A stretch of 64,000 bases of DNA from Perna viridis (Eukaryota): NCBI GenBank assembly GCA_037379345.1, contig CM074516.1:35873626-35937625 (forward strand), read 5' to 3'. Position 1 is the stretch's first letter. Each line of letters opens with the position of its first letter. The notes beneath the pieces are model-generated. The model did not search any database. It was not told where the DNA came from and saw nothing but the letters and a program-made list of their open reading frames with translations. Positions 40,828-53,910 of this stretch are shown piece by piece. The position numbers and the translations under genes are program-made.

Positions 40828-41000
40828 TGTGTGATGTCTTATTTCCCTTATCTCCAGTTTTTGTGTGATGTCTTGTTTGCCTTATCTCCAGTTTTTGTGT
40901 GATGTCTTGTTTCCCTTATCTTCAGTCTTTGTGTGATGTTTTGTTTCCCTTATCTCCAGTTTTTTTGTGTGATGTCTTGTTTCCCTAATCTCCAGTTTTT
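40828..41000 (+). repeat. 34-bp minisatellite, 5 copies
   Basis: TGTGTGATGTCTTGTTTCCCTTATCTCCAGTTTT x5. Confidence 0.95.
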
Positions 41001-41054
41001 ATGTGTAATTTTCTTATATGGTTCGCTACATTGTGTATGTAGATAGTCTCTTTA

Positions 41055-41340
41055 GGCTAGAAACGAGAAGTGTCTATAAATAGCATGGGAAATCCCAGTG
41101 TTTTCACAATATAGGGGTATATTTAGAAATCATTATGAAGATTAGGCTTCACATCACAAGAAGCAAAATGCAACTATAAAATGTACAGAAATGTTTTTCC
41201 TTTCAGAAACTATTTAATTTTTTTTAAATAAGATGAGAACTTTTTTTTCACAGCACTATGAGGAACAGGGCTAATTTCTGCGTGGGACTATTTTTGCGTA
41301 CGTTCCAAATGCTCATTGGTTGAATTGGTGGTCTGTAACC
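41055..41340 (+). mobile_element. Internally deleted derivative (286 bp) of the 467-bp TIR element, copy 3
   Basis: Left tip GGCTAGAAAC joined directly to GAAG.GTCTATAAATAGC; the rest matches 22480-22748; TTTA on both flanks. Confidence 0.88.
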
Positions 41341-41591
41341 TTTATGTCTACGTCATGGTTTTGGATGTTGACGTTGATCATGCTGCTTACGCTACCGTAT
41401 TTGTCTTGCCGATATTTTCGCTGAAGGGAGTTTGAGATAGGATGTTGAGCACGATTCTTTTTCAATCGTCAGTCCATAACCGCTTGGAAACTTTATCGAT
41501 TACAAAAACTCGGTTTCATTCAATAGTAGTTAAAGTTATATGAAACGAGATTTGGGTAACAAAAGGTTTTGTGTTTTTGTACTGTATTATA

Positions 41592-41635
41592 ATGCTGCTG
41601 ATGAGAGGTTACGCCTTTAAACACGTGTTCAGCAT
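41592..41635 (+). ncRNA. Degenerate minimal type I hammerhead ribozyme motif
   Basis: Stem I ATGCTG/CAGCAT, CTGATGA core, stem II GAGG-TTACG-CCTT, TAAAC in place of GAAAC, palindromic stem III ACACGTGT, GTT cleavage triplet. Confidence 0.6.
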
Positions 41636-44600
41636 ATCAAAAAGATTTGAACTTTTGTAGTTCAACAAACATTTAACTTTCGGTCATTTAACTACAGGGA
41701 AAAGGGTAGTATATATTTTCCCTTAGCCGATAATACTAACCTTTATTTAGTTTTTCAGTAATTTCTAAATATAACTAAGACTCAGAAACCGTTTATCGTG
41801 TAACACTTTTATTAAGAAATTGAAAAATCACCATATCATTAGGGGTTGACTATCCTTAAAGTTTGAAGTTACTGGATATTTTGAATTTTGAAGTCTTTTT
41901 GAAGTGACTTATTTTGTTTAAGTCTTTGATACTTACAAACTTGAGAGAGAGAAAGTCATCATTACAAATTTTGTCGGTACACTATCAGTCCTTTCAAAGC
42001 TAAATTTCCTTTCGTCTGATTAGGATACGTGATTGGTCAAATAAATACACTCGATTTACGAATGCTACCTAAACAATCAATAACCAGCTCAATTTCCTGC
42101 GCAGGGGTATATTCGCTAATTCAAAGCTCTACACCTCTGTCACACTTAGTACCCCGCCTCAACATGCAAATGAGTACAGTAAAACGGGAACAACTTTGCG
42201 GATCACATCCTGTATAGCAGAGCGTGTAAGCTAGCGGATTGATACGTATAGTAAATCAGAAAACGGTTATAGGTCTGCGGAGGGGTGGATTGTAATCAAC
42301 TCGGTGATTTCCGTGAGGCCATCGGGTTCTGAATATAGACCCTTTTGTGTTAACTGTATGATAGTCGATGAACATGCATAGAGCATCCGCGATGAAAATT
42401 CTTTTGTGCTACCCTAGCCATACTTCGCAGAAGTGTGTATTGAACATGTTCATAAACTTACCACAGTAGGGTCTATCATGTTGAAAAGAGAACATGTACA
42501 TCCACAAAACGTATTGAATGAGTATTGAAAACGGTGATCATCTTTAAAAATATTTACTGCATTACTTTCAGGACTCTGAATTCGGGTAAATCACATTAAA
42601 TCACATTTCTCTCGGAAAATACACAACGGATCAGTGTTATTTCTTGTACATATATTTTAAATGAATTAAAAAACACAAAAATATTTCGGTTAACATAAAA
42701 ATATATTTTGACGCTTCAAAGAGAGAGAGAAATGATCGTAAACAGATCGATTACGAATTACGGACTTTGCATGATAAGGGTCTTGGGCAGCAATTTTGTT
42801 ATTTTCTCGACAATTTTAACAAAACTGCAACTTTTACAAACAAGTCATTTATGTCTGTCAAAATGATTACCATTTGCAAAAATAAATGGATACACGTTGC
42901 AAAATTCTATCTTTTGCATTTTCTGTATTTAAAGACGCATTACTCAATATTATGTAATGTGTTACTATAATTGTAAGAGACCATTTTGATGTACGGTAAA
43001 CGAAAAAAAAGGAACGTAACCGATGAAGAAAATAAAAACCAAAAAAAAATCACCCTTTTACGCTTGATTTTTAACAGTGCCGGTCTACCCCTTATAACAC
43101 AATGAAAATGATCACTAATTCGCGTGTAGATGTCTCTTTAAAAATAATAATGAACTAAGTGCATTAAATTTGAATAGAAACACAAGACAATAAAATTTTA
43201 AAGTGCAATATCTTCTCTTGACTTTTTTCACCTTTAACTTAAAAAATAGAATTGTTTATCTTTTCGTTTGCAGTTTTAAAATAGAATTGTTATTCAATCT
43301 GCTATCACGCTACCGCCTTGAGAGATTTCTAAAAACACCATCCATCAGGTCATAGGATTCATTCAAATATTATATAATATTTTCATAAAAAACAATTAAA
43401 AATGAAAATGTTTTCGATTTCAGAAACATGCACCCTATTAGCAACCGAAAACGGAATGACCCCTTAACATACAAGAGCTCACATGAATTTATTTAAGATT
43501 CATTAAGAAAAATATTACGTGTAACATGTTTTAGTTTGTCGTCACGTTTCTGATTTTTTCTTAGGTTTTGGACAAAGTAAATTAATGTTTTAAAATATGT
43601 TTATCGTGTACCTGTCGACGTACTCTTACAAAAGGTGAACTTGATTCAGTGTGCTTTACAACTTTACTACGTATTCACTTGCCGACTTTAAATAAAGCTT
43701 GTCTATGAAACTATGACAATTACACCAAACCAAGTTCATATTGTACAGATAACATTTTTCTCAACTTTAAAGAAATACTCAACTGAAAATAACGTATCAA
43801 CGTTTTTTACTTTTTGTGACATTTCATCAAGTCCAAATTTGAAGCGATTCGGCTCATTTGAATTGAGTATATACCATGTTTCCGATAACGTCCGGCTTGA
43901 TTTATGCCAGTATTTGCTGATCAGCAACAAACATCATACATTATTCAATAGTTTGTTATTACGGAATTTCTATTGCTTCTATTTTTCAATTCAATTGCCT
44001 CGTATATCATGTATATGTTGAACTTTACAGATATTTTTCGAAACAAAAACTGAAAGCTTCATGTCTCTGAAAAGTAAAAAAAAAAGAGTTCTGTATCAAA
44101 CTTATAACACATCACTCTGTTATCATAGAAGTTGATAAGAACTCTATCATGATTTATTTCTGGATTAGGCGTCTAATAAAAACTTCAATTTTGACCATTT
44201 TATGTCGTTTCAAGTATACTGCAAAATCATATTCTTTTCACCTGCAACAAAACACTCATCCGATAAGCTGCCGCTAAGTGATTGGCATAACAGGATTAGA
44301 ACATTTAATTATTTCAAAATGATCCAGATCAAGGTAATGACTACCATTGGCTTAATGAAAAATATTTCATAATTTATCGAAATCGTAACATTTTTAGGAA
44401 TGGAAATTATACAGGAAAAAAAATATTTTGCTCCATTGTAAACATATGAAAAGGAAGATAGGTGCTTATTATTGGTCAACGAGATACTCGTATACGTGTT
44501 TAATTAATGACATGTTTTCCATTACTATTCAATCATATATACTATTTTAAGTATGCAATAAGATAATACTTACAGGCTAATGGTAAAGACAAATTCAATC

Positions 44601-44723
44601 TATTCAATGAATTGAATCGCGACACTTTTAAAAAAGTAAAATACGTTCAAATAGTAACAAGAGGTTAATTACTTCTAATCCTCGGACACGACTGAAACAG
44701 ATTCTTCTTTCTTGGAGCATTTT

Positions 44724-45040
44724 GTACTTTTCCGTCTAAGAATCGGGCAAATGTGTTTAAGGTGTGGCACATGAAGGAAAAAACACAAAGATTATATTGC
44801 ATTAACCAAGTATTTATACCTGATAACTTCCAGAAATAACCATCAAAGTGTTTGTAAAATTTGCCTTTTTAAGATATTGGTAGGTCAAATTTGGTTAAAA
44901 CTTTCCAGCACTTCAGGATAAATTTAAATTTAAATAGCTTTTCAATTGTTTTCTAGATGTATTGAATATATTTTAGACAAAAAGACCAAATTGAGTATTA
45001 TGTTGTGCAACCCATTACATTCTTACACAGAATGGTACTT
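44724..45040 (+). mobile_element. Non-autonomous TIR element, copy 2 of the 38081 family (shorter interior)
   Basis: Colinear similarity to 38081-38468; ends GGTAC|TTAA. Confidence 0.7.
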
Positions 45041-45930
45041 AAACGAAAATTAAACAAACAAACGATAACAAATGAAAGCTTTCCAAACTTTGAAATGAAA
45101 CGTACGAAACTATTACCTGTTTACATTAGTAAATTGACTTCAACTTTTTTTCCATCTTTTCCATCCATCGTGCACAAATATCTTTATTTTTTCAGATTTT
45201 TTTCTTTTTCGATTTTTTAAAAATTTATTTTGAGAAGCATGTTCAAATTATGGTAATGGCTTAAAAGTGCCTAACACCATTCAAAACCACCCATCAAGCG
45301 AACTACTTAATTAAAAAAAAATATTTATTATATGAAAGATGCTAAGAAATGTTCGTGATTTACAAGACTTTCATCTTTGATTTCAATGTATGAAACTTTT
45401 TCTCAAATTAAAGTGACTATACATGCAAGTTACGATTGTTTATTCCCTATGATTCTTATATACTTCTTATTTTTTAAAAGTGTTGCGTGCATAGGTGCAC
45501 TCTTATCACAATTAAGGAACGTATTGTTATGTAATAAGTCAATAATATCCTTGTGGTCTCTTGTAGGGTAAAAAATGTGGACTATTATTAAATAAGATAG
45601 TTTGACCAAGTAACACATTTCTTTTCTATTACTGTAACTTTCACACTTTTTCTTCTGTTTATGTAAAATAATCTATTACAAGTTTCTCATCCAATTTCGT
45701 TAAAAAATAATTAATGTCAGAGTTTTTACACTGTTTAACCTTGAAGTGGAAAGGTGAAGGTATCCGGAATGTTCTTATAAAAACAGTCCTTCAAACATAA
45801 TATATAGCTATATTTTTATGTGTAGTCTGTTATGTTTATATAACTACCATAATGAATATGTAAAAACGTTTCCAAATATCTAAAGGTTCATCGTGTATAA
45901 AGAGGACTGTTCTAAAAACGAATGTGCTGA

Positions 45931-46190
45931 GGCCCCGACCATTTAATCAGAGGCTAAGATCTGATGTGGGATAAGAAATGTTTAACGCACAAACGCAATT
46001 TTTTTATTTATACTTCAGCAGCAATCAAAATCAATATTTTTTTTGAAAACCTTGTTATTAAGTAATTTGAAAAATTGTCCTTATTTTAACATTGTTCAGA
46101 TGGATGAGTAAGACAATTTTATTTTCCAAACTTAGGATTTTTTTTCCAAAAAGATCCCAGGCCCTCCCCCATAATAAAATGGTCGGTTTC
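45931..46190. mobile_element. Degenerate MITE, PIF/Harbinger-like candidate
   Basis: TIR cores CCGACCATTT / AAATGGTCGG; C-rich subterminal tract; TGA and TAA flanks (TWA-like). Confidence 0.45.
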
Positions 46191-46298
46191 TAAATGTCAA
46201 CTTGTCGTCTTTGAGAAGGATTTACAATATAAAGAACATTCCAAAACGGTTTTCGGAATTTCCAAATATCAAACTCGTAACGATCCTATGTGTATTAA

Positions 46299-46764
46299 GG
46301 TTACAGACCACCAATTCAACCAATGAGCATTTGGAACGTACGCAAAAATAGTCCTACGCAGAAATTACCCCTGTTCCTCATAGTGCTGTGAAAAAAGTTC
46401 TCATCTTATTTAAAAAATTTAAACAGTTTCTGAAAGGAAAAACATTTCTGTACATTTTATAGGTGCATTTTGCTTCTTGTGATGTGAAGCCTAATCTCCA
46501 TAATGATTTTTAAATATACCCCTATCTTGTGAAAACACTGGGATTTCCCATGCTATTTATAGACCCTTCACTTCCGGTGACCAGTACTGCACTGCAAGTC
46601 TGCTACCCCACATGCCATTCTGAGGATTGTGAGCTGACATATGTAGAATCATGTTGATATATAGTCCTCTGCAGGTTAAAGTTAAGGTAAAGTCCAGAGA
46701 AGCCATTGAATATTGTGAAATTAGCATAGAAGCCTATGGAAAGTGGAATTAGTGGTTTTTAGCC
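46299..46764 (-). mobile_element. 466-bp TIR element, copy 2 (inverted relative to 22282-22748)
   Basis: Near-identical reverse complement of copy 1; TTAA on both flanks. Confidence 0.92.
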
Positions 46765-47969
46765 TTAATCCCATTAATTTCCGGTAGTCTGGCAAACTAC
46801 TATATAATATTCAGCTCGGTATAGCGGTGCACTGTATTTTTTTTCAGTTTATTTAAACTTAATAATAAACAATACATATATATCTAAGCAATGGTACATA
46901 GATATTCAACACTATGATTGCAGCTTGACACAAAAAAATCCATGCAAGTTATCAAAAGAAATTGCAAACATGAACTATTATTCCATATATTACTGTGTGT
47001 TGGGAGAATAGTTTGTAACCATAACCACACTGTAATAGTTTCAGCTTAAATGTAAAAGTTCAATTTCCGTTGGTAGTCTAACGCATGCTTAAAACAAAAT
47101 GTTTGAGAACTTGGAAGTTGAAGTTTTCCAGAAGTTTTCACATGGTAATTTAAATCCCCTACCAGTACAACAAGACCCAAATTGACGAAGAACAGTCATT
47201 GTGAAATGAAAACCTAACGCAGGTGAATATATTTTTACAGTCAAATTTGCATTCCAGTCTTGTACCAAATGACATAATTATTTTGTTTACACAGCAAGTA
47301 CTGCATGTGTATATTAACATCTTCAACAAAAACTTACAGATTTGCACTGGTTCTTGCATATAGAGCGTTGAAGTTAGTGTTAATTGCTGTCAAATGTTTT
47401 TGTACCATTAACCAATAATGTTTATGTTTTGCTAGAACTGTCAACAGTGTGTTTGTGAATGCTATTCTAGCTTTGTTCTTAAATTACTCAACTGACTAGA
47501 GGAAAAATGTTTCGATCTTTTGCGCTAAAATTATAGCGTAATCAATTAAGAAGGTGTGGAAACTTACTTTTCAGCAACAAGAGCCGTGTGGTTTGTAAAT
47601 TGGTGTCAATTTTCCCATTAGATTGCATAAACATAACGTATTTGGGAGTATATCTTATACGTTTTACAATGCTTTGTGGATTTTCATACATCTACGTTGA
47701 CCGCGAACAGCACTAATTACTAGGTAGAAGATCGAAATCGTTAAGTTCTGAGAAACACTATTAAACTAAAAAAAACTGATATCAAGATGCAAAAACAAAT
47801 CCAAAAGGTATAATTAATTATCATTAATACATATGGTGACCCAAATGTAAACGTCGAAAATCAATTGAATCGGCAATTCAGAAATTGAGACAAAAAATGA
47901 AAATGTCCCTTAGGGTTAACTTCATCCACTTTATCAAAAGATAAAACAACAATTGTTTATTTGTTTTTA

Positions 47970-49220
47970 ATTGCATTTAAAGATAGAGTAAAAGGTAGTT
48001 TTCATGGTGAAATGAACTGATTTTTTGAAGTTTCGACAAAATGTATGTTGTATAGATATGTATTTGACCCAAACATGTCACAATTTTATTTAGATCATGC
48101 TGCAAATTATATTTATAAACCATTTATTTGTAAATACCGCATATCTGCTCATTGTTTAAATATTGAAACTGGTAGATTTTTTTAATATTGAGAGACATCT
48201 GAAACTTTGTAATATGTGTGATAAACATGTAACTGAAGCTGAACAACATTTTATTTTACTATGTGAAAAGTATAATGAACTCCGAAGGAAATTTAACATA
48301 CCATATTATTGCAGAAAACCTTCGAATTTTAAACTCGTACAATTGCTATCTGTTCATAATGTAAAGGAACTTAACAATTTACTTACTTACTTAATCCTCT
48401 TCGTTTCCGGTGAGACATAAAGCTGCAATTGTTTCCCGCCACCTGGGTATGTCTTTGGCTATCTTCTGGGCTTCCCCACGTATATCCACCCTGTTTCAGC
48501 TCAGCCTCAACTGTTCTTTGCCAAGTTGTTTTTGACCTACCAGGCTTCCGCCTTGCAGGTGGGGTCCATATGAGGGCAGCTTTAGGTAATCGTTGCTGGC
48601 CCATACGAAAAACATGCCCTAGCCAACTCAACCTCCTTTCTTTGATCTCAATGTTGATGTTCTTGCAATTTTTTTTTAGCAGTTTGATATTTGAGATTTT
48701 ATTCGGTCAAAAGATTTTGCATGTCCTCCGTAGGTATCCATAGTAAAAACTCTCAATTTTCTTTAGGTCGCTTTGGATGATTCTCCAGCACTCAGATCCA
48801 TATAGTAAAACTGATTTTACATTACTGTTGAAGAGTTTGATCTTAGTTTTCAACGAATATAAGTTGGATCTCCGGAATGGAAAATGCTCTCCATGCTTTC
48901 CCTATTCTAGCTTTGATGTCCTTTTGGGCAGCGTTGTCAGTGCTGATCAAGCTTGCTAAGTAGGTAAATTCTTAACGATTTAGGGAAGTATGGATTCCTG
49001 GCCTAGAAGCGCGTAATTAAATTCATTTATAAATGCTTAATATGTGTTATATTTTATCCTACTCTGCTGTACTGTTACCCTTATATGGGTATACTTACTT
49101 ATATGATTATTTGACTGATTGTTTAAATGTATTATATATATTTCACTGATGTAATTGAATATTTGTAATATTTATATTCTATAAGTTGTATTGCTTACGA
49201 ATAAAAGACTATTATTACCG
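47970..49220 (+). mobile_element. 5'-truncated CR1-group (CR1/L2/Crack-like) LINE 3' end, split by an RTE insertion
   Basis: Decayed ORF2 C-terminus KYRISAHCLNIETGRF, frameshift, NIERHLKLCNMCDKHVTEAEQHFILLCEKYNELR...KELNNL, resuming as LGKY after 48970; AT-rich 3' UTR ending near AATAAA at about 49200. Confidence 0.8.
48382..48970 (-). mobile_element. 5'-truncated RTE-clade LINE with (TAAG)n tail and 12-bp TSD
   Basis: Fragments FTYLASLISTDNAAQKDIKARIGKA, LLYGSECW and WLGHVFRM..LPKAALIWTPPARRKPGRSKTTW; minus-strand tail TAAGTAAGTAAG; TSD CTTAACAATTTA (48370-48381) / CTTAACGATTTA (48971-48982). Confidence 0.92.
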
Positions 49221-49652
49221 CCAAAAGATGAAGTCATCTTATAGCAGAACAGTATTGTTTCTCAGCACTCGACACCATTTACTCAACAGTTTTTTTTTTC
49301 TAAACTCTTCAACGATTATAAAAGATTAATAACAGATACTGACGACACAAACTTTTCCTGTTCATTATTGTCCTTTTCACTATTACCCTACTGGTGTTTC
49401 ATCTCCGGTTCCGGTTACCCTGTCGATGCATCTTGTGAGTTTCCGCTTTATATATTGTCATAAATCTTTTTGATGTTTTCTCGTTAAATTTTGTTACTAA
49501 AATCAAATTTTAAGGAATAATTAATATTCGTTCTTTCTTTTTGAACTAACCTCGACGCCCGTGGTACACACATCAGGTTATTAAATATTTATCACATAAC
49601 TGAGGTTATTTCCTTATAGACTAAAAAAAACTAAATTATTTCCCTCATTTTT

Positions 49653-49883
49653 TTAAGTTACAATGTTGCTTATCCAAATTTGAACATCTGCTTTGTTTTT
49701 TTCTTTTTGCTTCTCTTTCACTCCAACATGAATTTTCGATTTTCCGATTTCACTCAAACCATGGATTGCCGGTTTAAACCCAACCGAGGATTGCAGATAT
49801 GAATACCACCATGGGTATCCGAAACCATTCCAACCATGGAATGCCCAGGTTTCACCTTCTGCTACGTTCCTGCTTATATTCAT
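49653..49883 (-). CDS. Candidate small ORF or exon, unknown 76-aa product
   Basis: ATG-initiated, locally GC-richer ORF with WAFHGWNGFGYPWWYSY and a Lys/Glu-rich tail; acceptor-like TTTTTTATACATTATTGCAG ends at 49943 and the frame is open from there. No homologue recognised. Confidence 0.3.
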   Translation of the reverse strand: MNISRNVAEGETWAFHGWNGFGYPWWYSYLQSSVGFKPAIHGLSEIGKSKIHVGVKEKQKEKNKADVQIWISNIVT

Positions 49884-52800
49884 AATAATTGAAATTATTG
49901 AAACTTTTGTATGTGTACTTTTAAATACAGTATCAAAAACAGCTGCAATAATGTATAAAAAATACTTTTAAAACATGATTTCGGTGATGAGATCATATCG
50001 ATACAAAACAAAACTCTATCAAAGATCGAAACGTTATTTGAAGTTCCTCTAAACTTCAAAATCCCGCACAAAGCTTCAATCTTTCAATTAGTGTGGGCGA
50101 GACTATAAAATCTAAATGGTTTTCCTGTGCTTTGAAATTCTAGTCTTGTACTTGTATATAAATGTCTACATCCATCGTTGGTATACTCAAAATGATAATT
50201 TGATGATGGAAATCTCTTATGAGCCTAAGTATTATGTACTACCTTGAGTTTTGTTCCATTGCACTTATTTTCTACTGATTACAGTAGTGAAGCTGTTTTA
50301 TTGAGCATCGGAAATATAGACTCCAAAACAATCAGCATCTTTCTGTGAAGGAATAACCTATAATTCTGAATTAATTACAGTAATTAGCAACGTATGTCAT
50401 AACGCTTCGTTTTCAATTTCCTTTCATTAATGAATAGATTACAGATGAGTCTGCTGTTTAAAAGCATGAACAAAAATAAAAACGTATTTTAACAAATGTC
50501 TAAATTACACTTTTCTAACTACATTTGAAAAGGTTTGACTCCTGACCCATCCCCTCAAAGTTTATGTTTGATGTTTGTTGACTGAAGATTTAGAAATGTG
50601 AATGCAAATATCTTAATTTCAATTGTTCAATATATAGCATTTCCAAACAAAAGAATGAACGTGAATACCATCATGAGGGGAAGGGGGTAAACAAACCACC
50701 GAATGTTTCATCTAACATCAAGAGGGTTATTATACGAACAAAATGTCATGTCCGGTGCAACAAAAATTATTCAAGTATTTCTTTATAGAGTTAAGAATTG
50801 CTTTGCTGAACTAACAACAAATCTCAAGAAAAAACTGGGACAAGTGCAGATTTAGCCAATAATCATGTAATGATATAATGAAGTGACGATTTGTTTAACA
50901 CTATCTAGTCTGGAATGAAAGATTATTACGGAATTTCCGAAGAAAAACGAAAAGTCACTCCATGCAAATTATTCTTTTCATATGTCAAACAATATACATT
51001 TGTAAAGATATTATAAGGTCATCCGTAGGAATCAGTGCAGTTTTCTATATAAATGAGTACAAAATACAATTTACACAAGGGGGCTGGAAAAAAAGCAGAG
51101 TGAAGAACAGATATTGCATTGTAAATATAACTCCTCCTATTTGCATATCACTATTAAACTTCAACATATACATCAATACTTCTATTTGTAATTTTTTGCA
51201 AACAAGTACCAAGGTATAAAAAATTACTACAATTTAAATTCCCTGATTTTGCATATTTCATATATGAAACGCTTTACAGTGTCTAGTTTTTCATAAAAAT
51301 ATTTAAATTAAAGACCACCAAATCCTGAATATACACTCATGCCTTTGAAAGCAGATTTAACTATTGACATTGGTAGGATGTTTATATTTATCATTGCATT
51401 TTATATTTAATTTACAAAAAGAAGACAGTGCAGATTGATCTCATTTTTGTCCCGATATTCCACATAATGTTTCAAAGGATTTTTTTTTTATACGAACGAC
51501 CTCTGGGGACAAAAGGAATAGTTATAATTTTAAAGTAAGATAAGCTCTAATGGTATATATATGTCAGTTCTCAAATCTTTCAGAGATTGATATCCTAACA
51601 TTTTCTTCTATTTTGTTAATCCCTATATGGAGCATCTTCCTACGTAGCTTACTATCCGTATGAAAGAACTATGCACAATTATGAAGCAACAAATTTTCTT
51701 TAAAACGTAGGCATTGTCCCTAGCGGACAAAAATGCTGTGACAAAACAAAATGTGCTTTGAAACATTATTTCATACTGTACTAGCTTAAATCTGAAACAC
51801 CAACTCAGTTACAAGAATCGTGGACTTTTTATCTTATTTCCTTGATCTCACAGGGCTCGACTTACCCATGCTATTTCTTTTCCTTTGCTGTTTTGAGAAC
51901 TATGGTAAAGAAACATTTTTGAACATATGTCAAGTTGGTTAGTAGGGAGGGAAAGAATATATACTTGTAATATGCTACACTGACTGGTTGTTTAGAAGAT
52001 ATATTTGTTTTACTTTAAATAAGGCAACGAGAAGTTATACCTTCTAACTTTTTCAACATTATAAGTTCACTGTTCACAGCTTTGATTTTTAGAGAAGAAT
52101 AAAACTTTGCTAGGATTTTCTTTCTTTTTATTTAAGAACATAACTTGAGAGACAAGTACAAATTTTAGACGAAATCTTCTATATCTATAAATTTTGAAGA
52201 AACAAATATTTATGCCACATAAAGTAATCTTACGAATAGGAGGCTCATAGACTATAAGTAATCATGTTACGTCATCGATAAAAAAAATATGGGATATTCA
52301 AATAAAAAAAAAATGGTGTGCGGCCTTTGTCGTGTGAAAAAGGTCATGAAACTGACTTTTTTTTATCTAAGTTAATGCTAAGTTACATGTATGATAATTT
52401 TTGGTGAACATTTTGATCTATTCGATAAAATAGACGTGAATGTTCTCACGAACGCCAAGTATAATTGTTTTCATTTAATTTTTCTGACAATTTAAAAGCG
52501 TACATGCGTACCTTACGAAAAAGATGAATGTATTTCCGTATAGCTGGGGCATCCTCTGCAGTTTATTATGTAAATTCTAAGTCAAGAGCTGTCAGACTAA
52601 TCTGAAGTTAATCTCCTCAGACAATTTAGAAGCTAGCACATGTACTTGACAGAAAGATGAATGAATTTGTAGTTCTCGTGGGCATCTTTATCATATGAAG
52701 TACTCAAATTCATTTTAGAGAAACAAAAATATAATTTACACAGCAAGTGAAGTTATAAATAACTGTATAACGACAGTTAAGCAGTTAGTACTGACATCAA

Positions 52801-53765
52801 ATGCACTTGGATTGTTTCCACGCATCTCTATCTTTGAGTAGAAATTTTGTGTATTTAGTAAGCATTATATGCTTCGATTGTATGCCTCTTTAAACAGCTT
52901 TCAAATGTTAATTTGAAGAGCAGTCTCCTATTTTACAGCTCATTGCCCTTGGCAAGTATTTAGTAATACAACTGCTGGCATTAGTTAATTAAAGCTTGCT
53001 TTTGTTGCAACGATATCTAGTCAAAAATTGTATATGTATTTGGAACGGCACTTTGATGTGGAATGTTACTGCTGTGTTTGCTTGGAATGGAATTTAAAAA
53101 AAAGTAAGTTTTTTTTAATTGACGCTAAAAATCGAAAGAGTCTACAAAATGATAGCGAGCCGTTGAATCATGCAGCATTTTATTTGCTATTATCACTGAT
53201 AACATGTCCTTCCGGTCAACTGTAACATGCCAACGTTTATATTACATTCACTGCTATTTTGTGTTGTTAGTTGTCTGTTTCGGTGTTGACGCCTGTGCGT
53301 GAAAAATCAAAGATTACTGTATATTTAGAGCGGAACACAATTAAACTTCAAGGCATTGTGTTCTCTTTGATACAGATGCTTATTTCTTTTTGTTCTGTCA
53401 TTACTAACCTTTGTTGTAAATATAGAAAATTGCAGATTTGGTTCAACTTAACTGAAACTTACCCGAAATAATCTTCAAAATACAGGTCTTTGACTGTATT
53501 TTTCTTTTTTTCTGTAATTTTTTCAGAAAAAGTTCATATATGGATATATCATAGACCATTCGAAGTTTATACCTTGTTTATAGCGTATACAATGATGATA
53601 TTTAGAAGATAAAGTTACTTTTTCCTTTTTTAATTTTCTGATGAACTTCCTTGGTTAGATAAATTGTCCGGTTAGCCTATCACCGGCAGGTTGTTCTTAT
53701 TTAATCAAAGGAAGACGATATCTATCTATTGTATGCACTATAATCTCATCTCTAATACACTTTAC

Positions 53766-53910
53766 AGTGGAGTCCGAGTTGTTCATTTGCTTTTGTATGT
53801 ATGATTTTAGTTACTTTATGTTCATTGTTGCATATGTCTGTTTTCCATGTCTGGTCTTTGTCCCTTGATTACATTCTTTTGGTTACCACTATAACCTTGG
53901 TTCCCTTGAT
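53766..53910 (+). mobile_element. Short Penelope-like 3' tail fragment
   Basis: Aligns to 58986-59137 (GTCCGAGTTG...GGTCTTTGTCCC...GTTCCCTTGATT). Confidence 0.75.

Noticed and set aside
48429-48959. Plus-strand ORFs 48429-48743 and 48777-48959
   Set aside because: Antisense shadows of the RTE ORF.
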